Assembly: GCA_963767925.1 (NCBI GenBank)
Contig: CAVYGB010000002.1
Coordinates: forward strand, 1,568,001 to 1,632,000
Length of the DNA: 64,000 nucleotides
From: an uncultured delta proteobacterium
GTDB lineage: Bacteria > Myxococcota_A > Polyangia > Fen-1088
Reading direction: 5' to 3'
Under the pieces are notes generated by a model. That model was not told the origin of the DNA. It made no database searches and saw only the letters and a program-made list of their open reading frames with translations. Shown piece by piece: positions 21,857 to 33,997 of this stretch. Every line of letters starts with the position of its first letter. The first letter of the stretch is position 1. Made by a program: the position numbers and the translations under genes.

Positions 21857-24084
21857 ATGGACCTTTTCGAGCGCGCTGCGGCCAAGCCGGGCACCGGCGA
21901 CGAGGAGACCTTCGAGGGCACCCTCTCGCGGGTGGTGTTCGCCGGGCGCGGGGGCGAATACACGGTCGCCCGCCTCGAGGTGGAGGGCGTCCCGAGGGGC
22001 CCTGACCGTGGTGGGGACGCTGCTCGGCGTGCCGGTCGGCGCCCGGCTGCGGGTGCGCGGGCGGCGGGAGGTCGACCCGCGCTACGGGCCGCAGCTCCGT
22101 CTGACCGGCTACACCGAGGTCGCGCCCGCAAACCATCGAGGGATTGCGGCGTTACCTCGGCTCGGGCCTCATCAAGGGCATCGGCCCCGAGTTCGCCGGC
22201 CGCATCGTCGATGCCTTCGGGGTACGCACGCTGGAGGTGCTCGACACCGCGCCCGAGCGGATCGCCGAGGTCCCGGGCATCGGGCGGGTGCGCGCGCAGT
22301 CGGTCAAGGAGGCGTGGGCCCGCCAGCGCGAGATCGCGCCGCGTGATGGTTTTCCTGCAGGGTTACGGCGTCTCGCCCGCCTTCGCCGCCCGCGTCTACC
22401 GCGATACGGCGCGTCAGCCATCGCCCGGGTGCGCGAGAACCCGTACCGGCTCGCCTTCGACGTGTGGGGCATCGGCTTCCTGTCGGCCGACCGGCTGGCG
22501 ATGGCGCTGGGGGTGGCCCGGGACGCCGACGTCCGGCTGGAGGCGGGGGTGCGCCACGCCCTCGGCGAGGCCGTCGCTCGAGCGGCCACTGCTACGTGCC
22601 CCGCACGCCGGCTCGTCGAGCTGGCGGCCCAGCGCCTGGAGGTCGACCCCGACGCTGATCATTGCCGGCCATCGAGCGGCTGGCCCGGGCGGGGGACGTG
22701 GCGCTCGAGCCGCTCGACGACGACACCGGGGTGTTCGATGCGGCGCTGTACCGGGCCGAGCGGACGGTGGCGGCGGGCATCGTGCGCCTGGCCGACGCGC
22801 CCGCCACGGTGACCCTGCCCGACGACGTTGTCGAGGCGGCCCTGCGGGCCTACGAGGCGCGAGGCCAAGCTCGAGCTGGCCCGCCAGCAGGCGGAGGCGA
22901 TCCGCGCAGGTGCTGCGCAGCCAGGTGGTGGTCATCACGGGCGGGCCCGGCGTGGGCAAGACCACCATCGTGCGCGGCATCGTCGGCATCCTGGCGCCGG
23001 GCCGGGCTGGAGGTGGCGCTGTCGGCGCCGACCGGGCGGGCGGCCAAGCGGCTGTCCGAGACGACCGGCCGCCCGGCCGGCACCCTGCACCGGCTGCTCG
23101 AGTGGCGCCCGACCGACGCCAGCTTCGCCCGCAACGTCAAGCGCCCCATCGAGGCCGACGTGCTGGTCGTCGACGAGGCGTCGATGCTCGACGTGCGGCT
23201 GGCCGCCGACCTGGTCGAGGCGCTGACCACCGGGACCAAGCTGGTGCTGGTGGGCGACGTCGATCAGCTGCCCTCGGTGGGGCCGGGGGCGGTGCTGGCC
23301 GACCTGATCGCCTCGGGCCGGGTGCCCACGGTGCGCCTGACCGAGGTCTTCCGGCAGGCGCCAGCAGAGCCTGATCATCACGCAACGCCCACCGGATCCA
23401 CGACGGCGTGCTGCCCGAGGTGGGGGCGCCGCCGCCGGGCGGCCCGGCCGCCGACACGCGCGACTTCTTCTTCCTCGAGGAGAACGACCCGCAGCGGGCG
23501 GCCGAGCTGGTGCGCGACCTGGTGGTGACCCGCCTGCCGCGCCGCTACGGGTTCGCCGCCGCTCGACGTGCAGGTGCTGGCGCCGATGCACCGGGGCGAG
23601 CTGGGGGCGGGCAACCTGAACCAGCTGCTGCAGGAGGCGCTGACCGCCGGGGCCGAGGAGGTGCGCCGGGGCGGCCGCCTGTTCCGCAGCGGCGACCGGG
23701 TCATGCAGCTGCGCAACAACTACGACAAGGACGTGTTCAACGGCGACGTCGGCCGCATCGAGCGCCTCGACGCCGAGGCCGGGACCGCTGGTCCTGCGCT
23801 TCGACGACCGGGAGGTGGTCTACGAGGACGACGACCTCGACGAGCTGGGGCTGGCCTACGCCGCCACCGTCCACAAGTCCCAGGGCTCGGAGTACCCCGC
23901 GGTGGTCATCCCCCTGCACACCCAGCACTACGTGATGCTGCAGCGGAACCTCCTTTATACGGCCGTCACCCGGGGCAAACGCCTGGTGGTCCTGGTCGGC
24001 TCGCGCAAGGCCCTCGGCATCGCCGTCCGCAACGGCCAGGTCGCCACCCGCGCCACCCACCTGCGCGCCCGCCTCGCCCCCTGA
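21857..24084 (+). CDS. recD2: RecD2-type ATP-dependent helicase, multiple frameshifts
   Basis: [87 protein letters not shown], collinear across frames. Confidence 0.92.
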
Positions 24085-24100
24085 CCTCCCCCCATCCAAC

Positions 24101-24167
24101 ACCTCTCCCCGCGGCTGCCGTGGGGAGAGGTCGGCGCGTCTGCGCGCCGGGTGAGGGGCCTCCGGCG
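24101..24167. repeat. BoxC/REP-like element, subtype B
   Basis: Near-identical to 14596-14662; fills the gap between convergent stops. Confidence 0.88.
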
Positions 24168-24168
24168 C

Positions 24169-26085
24169 TCAGTTGCCGCGGGCGCGGTGGCGGCTGCGGT
24201 CGAGGCGGTCCTCGAAGCTGTAGCGGCGGGCGACCTTGATCGAGGTGTCCGGATCGGTCACCTCGGGCAGCACCAGCCAGCCGTTCTGACCGGGCGCCAC
24301 CGGGACGCCGAGCTCCTCGGCGGCGGTGCGCGTCCGTTCGAACCCCAGGCGGGCGTGGTCGAAGGTGGCGGCGTAGTCGTGGTCCTGCAGGGCCACCCGG
24401 GCGAGCTTGAACTGCAGGGCGGCGGCCACGAGGTTGCGGGCGGCCTGCTGGGGCCCCAGGCGGGCGAGGATCTCCTTCACGATGGCCCGGGCGTTGGTCA
24501 GATAGGCGGCGGCCTGGAAGCGGTTCTGGTTGTCCCGGTCGAACTGGCTGAAGTCCCAGTTGAGGTCGATGTAGCTCATGATCGAGTTGACCTCGTCGCC
24601 CGAGTTGGCAAAGTAAAACGCCCCCTCGGCGTTGTACTCGACGCCGGTCGCGCTGTCGTAGCCGTCGTGGGGGTGGCTCATGCCGAGGTGATGCCCGAAC
24701 TCGTGGATCTGGGTGGTGGTGAGGCCGTAGCCCGCTTCGACGATCGCCGGCGAGACGAAGCTGAAGACGAAGCTCTGGGTGCCGTCGATGGCGTTGTCGT
24801 CGGCGTAGCCGAGCAGGTCGGATCTCCCGTCGGCGGTCGCGTAGTTGACGAGGATGGCCTCGTATTCGCCGCCGCCGTCGAGCAGCAGGGTGCGGTTGAG
24901 GGCGGTGTAGAGGAACGGGTTGGAGAAGGCGGGGTAGGGGCGCGCGGGGAAGCAGCGCACGTTGGCCAGCCAGAGCCGGTGGCATTCGCGGCCCTGGCCC
25001 TCGTAGGCGAGATCCTGCTGGTCCTGCTGGTAGGGCAGGCGATGCAGGTCGCGGATCGCGCCCAGCAAGCGGGCCGGCTTCTGGTATTGCACGGAGGCGT
25101 CGACGCCGGGCCAGCCCTCGAAGGTGTTGCTGTCGAGGTTGACGGTGGCGGGCAGGCCCAGGGGGGTGAGGGCGGGCGGGTAGAGCGGCGAGGGGGTGAA
25201 CAGCAGGTTGATCCCCACGTAGCGGGCCACCTTGCCGAGGTCGGCGGCCAGCGCCGCGCGCGGGCGGAAGCCGCCGGCCAGCCCGTACTCCCAGCTCGGC
25301 GGCATGCGGTATTCGACCTCGCCGTCCCCGTCGAGGTCGGGGCTGTCCACGTTCCAGTTGTCGGTCCAGGCCTCGGGGCCGGCCGACAGGTCGTAAAACC
25401 AGATCCGGTGCTCGCCGCGGGCGCCGAGGCCGGTCTCCCCGTCGTCGGCCGTGGTGCCGCCCCAGGCGATGATCTTGCGCGTCTCGCGCCCCCCGAAGTC
25501 GTGGCCGGTGTCGGGGTCGACCTCGCCGGTCTTCGTGTAGACGTGGAAGCGGAAGTCGGGGCGGCCGTGCCAGTTGATGAAGAAGATCGTGTTGCGGCGG
25601 GTGTCGACCCCGGGCGGCGGGTGATCGATCAGCCACCTTTCCACGGCGGGGGCGTCGATGAAGTGGTTGTCCACCACCTCGAGCAGGTTGCGCTCCTGGG
25701 CGTTGTAGAGCCGCTGGTATTCCGTCGGCGGGGCGGGGCGGGCCAGGGCCGCCAGGGCGGCGAAGAAGGCATCCTGGTAGTCGGGCGGAGCGAACGAGAC
25801 CCGGTGGTCGTAGCCGTAGTGCAGGCCGACCTCCTCGTTGACGTTGTACCAGAGGCGCGAGCGGACCACCGGCCGGGCCTGCGCCGGGAGCTGGGCCAGG
25901 AAGGCGGCGGCGTCGATCTCCTCGGCCGCGTACCCCAGAAAGACGTACTGGACCGGCACCTGTTCGGCCAGCGCCGGCGCGAAGACGGCCAGCTCTGCCT
26001 CCGCCTCTGCCCCCGCGGGCTGGGCGGCGGCGGCCGCGGGGAGAAGGAGGAGGGCGAAGGTGGCCGGGAAGATCCGCGACGTCAT
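24169..26085 (-). CDS. secreted metzincin-like zinc metallopeptidase
   Basis: Sec signal; HEFGHHLGMSH (HExxHxxGxxH) plus downstream SIMSY Met-turn. Confidence 0.75.
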   Translation of the reverse strand: MTSRIFPATFALLLLPAAAAAQPAGAEAEAELAVFAPALAEQVPVQYVFLGYAAEEIDAAAFLAQLPAQARPVVRSRLWYNVNEEVGLHYGYDHRVSFAPPDYQDAFFAALAALARPAPPTEYQRLYNAQERNLLEVVDNHFIDAPAVERWLIDHPPPGVDTRRNTIFFINWHGRPDFRFHVYTKTGEVDPDTGHDFGGRETRKIIAWGGTTADDGETGLGARGEHRIWFYDLSAGPEAWTDNWNVDSPDLDGDGEVEYRMPPSWEYGLAGGFRPRAALAADLGKVARYVGINLLFTPSPLYPPALTPLGLPATVNLDSNTFEGWPGVDASVQYQKPARLLGAIRDLHRLPYQQDQQDLAYEGQGRECHRLWLANVRCFPARPYPAFSNPFLYTALNRTLLLDGGGEYEAILVNYATADGRSDLLGYADDNAIDGTQSFVFSFVSPAIVEAGYGLTTTQIHEFGHHLGMSHPHDGYDSATGVEYNAEGAFYFANSGDEVNSIMSYIDLNWDFSQFDRDNQNRFQAAAYLTNARAIVKEILARLGPQQAARNLVAAALQFKLARVALQDHDYAATFDHARLGFERTRTAAEELGVPVAPGQNGWLVLPEVTDPDTSIKVARRYSFEDRLDRSRHRARGN

Positions 26086-26163
26086 CGTGGAAACAACGTA
26101 TCCGCCGGGAGATATTCGCGGCTGGCCTGTCGCGTTTTGCGACGGCCGGCGGTTTCGCGCAGA

Positions 26164-26330
26164 CCCCTCACCCCTGCGCTCCCCGCTTCGCGGGGCGAGG
26201 GCGAACGGACAGGTGGGGGCGGCGTATCGGGCGAAATCCGCGCGGTCCGTCCGCCAGGAAGGTTGTCGATGCCATGGCGATCGTTCGCCCTCGCCCCGCG
26301 GTCTGCCGCGGGGAGAGGGGGGGTGAGGGG
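26164..26330. repeat. inverted pair of BoxC/REP-like elements
   Basis: 26164-26206 forward (degenerate) and 26283-26330 reverse. Confidence 0.85.
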
Positions 26331-26339
26331 TCTGCCCTC

Positions 26340-27161
26340 TCAGAGGTGGTGTTCGCCGCCGGCGTCGTGGGTGGCGGCGAGGCGCTCGCGCAGCCAGGAC
26401 CGGGCGGCGGCCACCGCCCCGGCGAGCGGGCGCCCGGAGGCCAGGCCGACGGCGATGGCGGTGGCCAGCGCGCAGCCGGTGCCACGCGCGCCGGGGCCGG
26501 GGATCCGCGCGCCGGTGAACACCTGCTCGGGCAGCGCCCCGCCGGGACCGGCCGGGCCGACCAGGACGTCGTCGGCCCGATCGGGCAGGTGGCCGCCCTT
26601 GACCAGGGCCGCCCGGGCGCCCAGCCCGACCAGCGCGCGCGCCGCCGCCACCGCCTCGCCCGCGTCCCGGACCGGCAGCGCCGTGAAGGCGGCCGCCTCG
26701 GCGAGGTTGGGGGTGACGAGGGTCGCCCGCGCCAGCAGCGGCAGCAGCCGCGCCGGCTCGCCCGCGAACAGGCGCCCCCCGCTGGAGGCCGCCAGCACGG
26801 GGTCGAAGACCACCGCCCCGCCGAACCCGGCGAGGGCGACCAGCAGGGCCGCCGCCTGGGCCTCGTTCGCCACCATGCCGATCTTCACCGCCACCGCGCG
26901 GCCTGCCGCCGCAGCCAGCACGCCGGCGAGATCCTGCTGCAGCCGGTCAGCCGCCCGCGGGTCGATGCCGCTGACGCCGGTGGGGGACTGCTGGGTAAAA
27001 GCTGTCCCCACCAGCACGATCTGCGCGCCGAGCGCCCGGCCGGTGAGGTGATCCCGGACCAGCCCCGCGCCCCCGCCCGGATCGAGGCCACCCACCGCCA
27101 CCACCAGCGGTCGGGAGGCGTCGGACGGAGCGGGCGGTGATTGATGCGTCGTTTCTTGCAC
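26340..27161 (-). CDS. thiD: hydroxymethylpyrimidine/phosphomethylpyrimidine kinase
   Basis: GGLDPGGGAG, KIGM, FDPV, TPNLAEA, KGGH, RGTGCALATA; start approximate. Confidence 0.85.
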   Translation of the reverse strand: MQETTHQSPPAPSDASRPLVVAVGGLDPGGGAGLVRDHLTGRALGAQIVLVGTAFTQQSPTGVSGIDPRAADRLQQDLAGVLAAAAGRAVAVKIGMVANEAQAAALLVALAGFGGAVVFDPVLAASSGGRLFAGEPARLLPLLARATLVTPNLAEAAAFTALPVRDAGEAVAAARALVGLGARAALVKGGHLPDRADDVLVGPAGPGGALPEQVFTGARIPGPGARGTGCALATAIAVGLASGRPLAGAVAAARSWLRERLAATHDAGGEHHL

Positions 27162-27314
27162 CCGATTGTATTCGTTCGTCGCCGTCCGTTGCGTTTCTCA
27201 CGAAAGCCGGCGGGGGGGGGCGGATAATCAGGCGTTTGCCGCTGCCGGTGGCCACCTGCAAAAAACTCCATAAACGCGTAGCCTGCCGACGAGCTAGGCT
27301 AGTATTCACGCGCC

Positions 27315-29025
<1,711 letters not shown>

Positions 29026-29151
29026 TTGCCTCCGCCGGGGCCTGCACGATCGGCACGGCCGCGGTTTTCCGGCTGGTTTCGCCGCCAGAAAAGGCGAAGC
29101 AACCGTCGCTCGGCGTTTGAGCCGGCGCCGCCATTGAGGCAGGATGCGCCG

Positions 29152-29918
29152 ATGTTTCGTGGCCAGCGCATCGCCGTCGTCGTCCCCGCCTTCAACGAGG
29201 CCGACAAGATCGCGCGCACCGTCCGCTCGGTGCCCGGTTACGTCGACCACGTGCTGGTGATCGACGACGCCAGCGGCGACGCCACCGGCAAGCGCGCCCG
29301 CCGCAGCCAGCGGCGCGGGCTCGAGGTGATCCGCCACCCGGAGAACCGGGGGGTGGGGGCGGCCATCGCCACCGGCTACGGGCGGGCCCTCGAGCTGGGG
29401 GCCGACGTCACCGCGGTGATGGCGGGCGACTCGCAGATGGATCCCGCCGACCTGGCCGGGCTGCTGGGGGCGGTGGTCGAGGGGCGGGCCGACTACGCCA
29501 AGGGCAACCGTTTCCTGTGGCCGCAGGGCTGGCGGGTCATGCCGCCCTCGCGCCTGTTCGGCAACCTGGCTGCTCTCGTTCATCACCCGGCTGGCCTCGG
29601 GCTACCGGGAGGTGTTCGACTCGCAGTGCGGGTACACGGCGGCCAACCGGCGCGCGCTGGCCACCATCGTGGCCGGGCCGATGTTCCCCCGCTACGGCTA
29701 CCCCAACGACGTGCTGGTCCGGCTGGGCCGCGACGATCTGCAAGGTGCGCGACGTGCCGGTGCGCCCGGTGTACGGCCGCGACTGGCGCTCGGGTATCCG
29801 GATCCACAAGGTGGTCCTGCCGCTGACCCGCCTGCTGTCGCGGGCCCTGCTGCAGCGGCTGCTGCGGCCGCTGCTGCGCCCGAGCCCGCTGGCCACCCGC
29901 CCGATCCCGCCGCTGTGA
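29152..29918 (+). CDS. glycosyltransferase family 2 (DPM1-like), two frameshifts
   Basis: VVVPAFNE, VIDDASGD, NRGVGAAI, AGDSQMD, KGNRF, then DSQCGY and YGYPND in the next frame. Confidence 0.88.
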
Positions 29919-31051
29919 GCGGGCCGACCCGGCTCTACGTCACCACCTCCTACCCGCGCTTCGAGGGCGATCCCGCCGGCTGCTTCGTGCAGGAGCGGGT
30001 GCAGGCCTTCGTCGCCGGCGGGCTGGGGCGGTCGGCGCGGGTGCTGGCCGCGGGCGAGCCGCCCGGTTCGGACGCCGGCAGCGGACCGGGTCTGCGGGTC
30101 GAGCGGGTGGGCTACGCCCTGCCCGGGGCGCCGCCGCTGTTCTACGGCGGGGGCGCGCCCGAGCTGCTGGAGGCGGCGGGCGGGGCGGCGCTGCTGCAGG
30201 CGGTCCGGCTGTGGGCCGGGCTGCTCGCCGCGCTCCGCAGCGGTCCGCCGCCCTCGGACATCGAGAGCCACTGGCTGGTGCCGAGCGCGCTGGCGGTGGC
30301 CTGCGCCGGGCCGCCCGGGGTGGCCCATCGGGCCTACGCCCACTCCGGCGACGTGGCGCTGCTCGAGCGGCTGCCGGGAGGGGGCACCTTCGCGCGCCGC
30401 TTGCTGGCGGCGGCGTCGCTGGTGTTCGTCAGCGCCGACCTGCGCGCGCGGTTCGGCCGGCTGCTCGGCCCGGGTGGGCAGGCGCAGGTGGCGGCCTGCC
30501 TGGTCGAGCCCGCGGGCGCCTCCGGGGTGGGGCCTTCGCCGGCGCGGCCGGTGCCGGCGGCGGTGCGGCGGGCGCTGCGCGTGCGCCTGGGCCTGCAGGG
30601 GATGGTGGTGATCGGCGTCGGCCGCCTGGTGCCGATCAAGGGCTACGACGTGCTGGTGCGGGCGGTCGGGCGCCAGCCCGCGGCCCGGCGCCCCACCCTG
30701 GTGCTGCTGGGTGAGGGCCCTGAGCGGCCCCACCTGGTCCGGCTGGCGGCCGAGCGGCGGGTCGATCTCCGGATGCCGGGCGAGGTGCCGCGGCCGGAGG
30801 TCGGGCCCTGGCTGACCGCCGCCGATCTGTTCGTGCATCCGAGCCGCCGCCTGCCGAGCGGCCGCACCGAGGGGCAACCGCTGGCGGTGCGCGAGGCGCT
30901 GGCTGCGGGCTTGCCGGTGGTGGCCTCGGCCGCCGGGGGGATCGAGGAGCTGGTCACCACCGAGGGGACCACCCTCCAGCTCGTCCCGCCCGACGATCCC
31001 GCTGCCCTCGCCGCCTGGCTCGCCCGATACAGATTGGAAACGGGCGTGTAA
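29915..31051 (+). CDS. glycosyltransferase family 4
   Basis: GTGA overlap with upstream gene; TSYPRF, SHWLVP, GRLVPIKG, EGQPLAVREALAAGLPVVAS. Confidence 0.88.
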   Translation: MSGPTRLYVTTSYPRFEGDPAGCFVQERVQAFVAGGLGRSARVLAAGEPPGSDAGSGPGLRVERVGYALPGAPPLFYGGGAPELLEAAGGAALLQAVRLWAGLLAALRSGPPPSDIESHWLVPSALAVACAGPPGVAHRAYAHSGDVALLERLPGGGTFARRLLAAASLVFVSADLRARFGRLLGPGGQAQVAACLVEPAGASGVGPSPARPVPAAVRRALRVRLGLQGMVVIGVGRLVPIKGYDVLVRAVGRQPAARRPTLVLLGEGPERPHLVRLAAERRVDLRMPGEVPRPEVGPWLTAADLFVHPSRRLPSGRTEGQPLAVREALAAGLPVVASAAGGIEELVTTEGTTLQLVPPDDPAALAAWLARYRLETGV

Positions 31052-31101
31052 CGTCAACCGGATTCGTGTGGGGTCGCGGAGGCTTACCGGACGTAGCGCG
31101 T

Positions 31102-31117
31102 GCGAAACATGTTTCGC
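31102..31117. promoter_or_regulatory. perfect 16-bp palindrome, candidate upstream activator site
   Basis: GCGAAACATGTTTCGC, about 100 bp upstream of a sigma54-like promoter. Confidence 0.55.
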
Positions 31118-31214
31118 GGTAATGGGGACAACTGCGTAACGGAGGAACCAATGACGCGCTGGTTTTGCGCTGTGCGATCCCGGAAAACCGTGGAGATCGC
31201 GGGGTCGCCCCGGT

Positions 31215-31230
31215 AGGCACGGCCCATGCT
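31215..31230 (+). promoter_or_regulatory. putative sigma54 -24/-12 promoter
   Basis: AGGCACGGCCCATGCT versus consensus TGGCACG-N4-TTGCW; GG-N10-GC spacing exact; 40 bp before ATG 31270. Confidence 0.55.
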
Positions 31231-31269
31231 GTGGAAATGCCTCGGCCCGCGGTGGCCCGGGGAAACGGC

Positions 31270-31828
31270 ATGACGCCAGGCAAAAAGCTTCCTGACATTT
31301 CGGTGGTTCTGGCCGTGCGCAACTCCGAGGACGTCATCGGGGGCGGCACCCGGCGCGTGGTCGAGCACCTGCGCGAGCTGGATCGGCCCTTCGAGATCGT
31401 CGGGGTCAACGCCGGGTCCTGGGACACCAGCTTCAAGGTGTTGCAGCTGCTGGCCGGGCAGGTCCCGGAGCTGCGCCTGATCGAGAAGGACATGACCGGC
31501 CGGGCCTTCATCCGCGGCGTGTCCGAAGCGCGCGGGAGCACGGTGGTGCTGATGGACGCGGCCCGGCTGCCGGGCTCGCTGTCGCCGCTCGGCTGGACGC
31601 TGTCACGGCTGGACCAGGGGACCGAGGCGGTCGTCGTGCGCGGCCGCTGCGATCACCGCCCGTCGCCTGCCCGCTCTGCCGGCCATCGCCCGGGCGCGTG
31701 GCCGCGGCGAAGCCTTCGAGCGGAGCTTCGAGCGCGAGGCCCGCGACCTGTCGGTCGAGGTGGTGGGCACCGCCCGCCGCGCTCCGTCCGGCCTGCTCGC
31801 TCCGGTCTGGCGCCTGCTCGCAGCCTGA
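31270..31828 (+). CDS. short GT2-fold-like protein; frameshift near 31650
   Basis: ISVVLAVRNSE, VNAGSWD, EARG..VLMDA resemble a degenerate GT2 N-terminal domain; continues in another frame to VWRLLAA*. Confidence 0.6.
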
Positions 31829-31919
31829 CGGTCGCAGCGCAGCATCGGCTGCTTTCACTGCGTAACCGGCGACGCGGTCGGGACCTCGGGACCGGGCAGA
31901 ACCTGCTAGAGTTTGGGCA

Positions 31920-32960
31920 ATGTTATCGATCCTGGTCGCGATCGTCGGGCTCGCCCTGCTGATCGTCGTTCACGAGTGGGGCCACTTCATCGTGGCGCGG
32001 CTGTGCGGGATGCGCGTGGAGCGCTTCTCGATCGGCTTCGGCAAGCCCCTCGTGTCGGTCAAGAGGGGCGACACGACGTTCCAGGTGTCCCCCATCCCGC
32101 TGGGTGGCTTCGTCCAGATCACCGGGCTCAACCCCCACGAGGAGTTCGACCACAAGGACCCCTACGTCTACCCGAATCGCCCGCGCTGGATGCGGTTCGC
32201 GGTGCTGGTGGCCGGCCCGGGCGCGAACTACATGGCGGCCGTCCTGCTGGCGATCGGCATCCTGGTGGGCTTCGGCAAGCGGATGCCCACCCACGACGTC
32301 GAGCAGGTGATCGCCAACTCGCCGGCCCAGGCCGCCGGGCTGAAGGCGGGCGACGTGCTGCTCGAGGCCAACGGCAAGCCGCTGACCCCGACCGTGACCA
32401 TCCGGACCGTGGTGGGTGAGTCGCAGGGCGCGTCCATGATGCTGAAGGTGAAGCGCCAGAACGAGACGCTCACCATCCCCGTCACCCCCAAGCGCGACTC
32501 GGCCGAGGGCGTCTTTCGCATCGGCATCCAGACCGGCACCGCCTTCGCGCCGGTCCCGTTCGGACAGGCGCTCCGCGAGGCGGTGATCTTACCCGCCGTC
32601 GTGTCGGGTGAGATGCTCAAGGGCATGTGGGACATGATCGCCGGCAGGCAGCCGGCCAACCTGAGCGGCCCGGTCGGGATCGCCCGGGAGATGGCCAACG
32701 CGGCCGAGCAGGGCATGGTGCAGTTCCTGCACCTCATGATGTTGCTCTCGATCTACCTCGGCCTGTTCAACCTGCTGCCGCTGCCGGCGCTGGACGGCGG
32801 GCGGGTGCTGTTCCTGGGGATCAACGCGCTCCCCATCCGACAGGTGAGCGCGAAGACCGAGGCGGCGGTCCACATGGTGGGTCTGCTGCTCCTGCTCGGC
32901 GTGTTCGTCCTGGTCACCTTCAAGGACATCAAGGACATCGTCGTCCGGATGGTGAACTGA
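31920..32960 (+). CDS. rseP: RseP-like site-2 (M50) zinc metalloprotease with PDZ domain
   Basis: HEWGH, FSIGFG, PLGG, AGP..N, SPAQAAGLKAGD, GPVGI, NLLPLPALDGG. Confidence 0.93.
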   Translation: MLSILVAIVGLALLIVVHEWGHFIVARLCGMRVERFSIGFGKPLVSVKRGDTTFQVSPIPLGGFVQITGLNPHEEFDHKDPYVYPNRPRWMRFAVLVAGPGANYMAAVLLAIGILVGFGKRMPTHDVEQVIANSPAQAAGLKAGDVLLEANGKPLTPTVTIRTVVGESQGASMMLKVKRQNETLTIPVTPKRDSAEGVFRIGIQTGTAFAPVPFGQALREAVILPAVVSGEMLKGMWDMIAGRQPANLSGPVGIAREMANAAEQGMVQFLHLMMLLSIYLGLFNLLPLPALDGGRVLFLGINALPIRQVSAKTEAAVHMVGLLLLLGVFVLVTFKDIKDIVVRMVN

Positions 32961-33934
32961 CAAGGCCCCGTCCTCCCCGCGCCCGGCGGATCCACGACGG
33001 GCTGGTGGGGCAACGCGCGCTGATCGGTCAGGCGTACCTGGCCGACCCGGAGCTGCGGCGACAGTACGAGGCGGAGATCGCCCCCCGCACGCGGGCGGCG
33101 CTGGGACGCATCCTCGACGACCTCGGGTGGGGTCCGGAGGCGGGCCCGTCCGGGGCGGGCAGCGTGCTGCGGGCGCTGGACCTGGGCGCGGGCACCGGGG
33201 CGGCCGGGGCCCTGCTGCGCGAGCGGCTGGGCCCGATCGACCTGGTCTCGGTCGACCGGGTGGCGGCGCTGCCCGGGGTGGTGGTGGCCGACCTGCGACA
33301 GAAGGGGCGGCCGCCCGGGGTGAGCGGCCAGTTCGACCTGATCGTGGCGGCCCACCTGCTCAACGAGCTGGGGGCCACGCTGGACGTGACGGCCCGGGCG
33401 GCGCTGGTCTTCGCCTGGGCCCGGGAGCTGCTGGCCGAGGGGGGCAAGGTGGTCCTGATCGAGCCGGCGCTGCGCGAGACCTCGCGCGACCTGCTGGCCA
33501 TCCGGGACCGGCTGGTGCCGGCGGGGTTCTTCGTCGTGGCGCCTTGCCTGCTGCAGGGGCCCTGTCCGGCGCTGGTCAACGAGCGCGACTGGTGCCACGC
33601 CAGCGCCCCCTGGCCTCCCGAGCAGGCGGCGGCGCGCGCCGGCCAGTCGCGGGTGGACTACAGCTACCTGGTGCTGGCCCGGGCGGGCGAGCCGAGCCCG
33701 GAGCGGCGGCTGTTCCGGGTCGTGAGCGACCCCATCGTCGAGAAGGGCCGCCTGCGGATGTGGGGCTGCGGCCCCGCGGGGCGCCACCCCCTGGTCCGGC
33801 TCGACCGGGACCGCACGGAGGCCAACGGGGCCTTCGATCGCACGGGGCGGGGCGATCTCCTCATCGCCGCCGACACCAATCGGGCGGGGGACGGCCTGCG
33901 CATCGGCCCCCACAGCCGGGTCGAGCGGCGTTAG
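32957..33934 (+). CDS. Rsm22-family-like SAM methyltransferase; start uncertain
   Basis: LDLGAGTG, HLLNE, LIEP, APC..CP..WCH, YSYL. Confidence 0.75.
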   Translation: MTRPRPPRARRIHDGLVGQRALIGQAYLADPELRRQYEAEIAPRTRAALGRILDDLGWGPEAGPSGAGSVLRALDLGAGTGAAGALLRERLGPIDLVSVDRVAALPGVVVADLRQKGRPPGVSGQFDLIVAAHLLNELGATLDVTARAALVFAWARELLAEGGKVVLIEPALRETSRDLLAIRDRLVPAGFFVVAPCLLQGPCPALVNERDWCHASAPWPPEQAAARAGQSRVDYSYLVLARAGEPSPERRLFRVVSDPIVEKGRLRMWGCGPAGRHPLVRLDRDRTEANGAFDRTGRGDLLIAADTNRAGDGLRIGPHSRVERR

Positions 33935-33997
33935 GTTCCGTGTACGATGCGGGGGTCGGGGCCCGGTGGGGGACCCCCCCCGGGGCAGGGGAGATTC

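Noticed and set aside
19222..24084. Programmed frameshifting or true pseudogenisation of the PBP and recD2 genes
   Set aside because: Too many scattered single-base indels with no consistent slippery motif; sequencing error is more parsimonious.
24151..27051. Very long antisense ORFs (also 658..2271, 40904..43468, 55737..57485)
   Set aside because: Shadow frames typical of high-GC DNA opposite genes with clear motifs.
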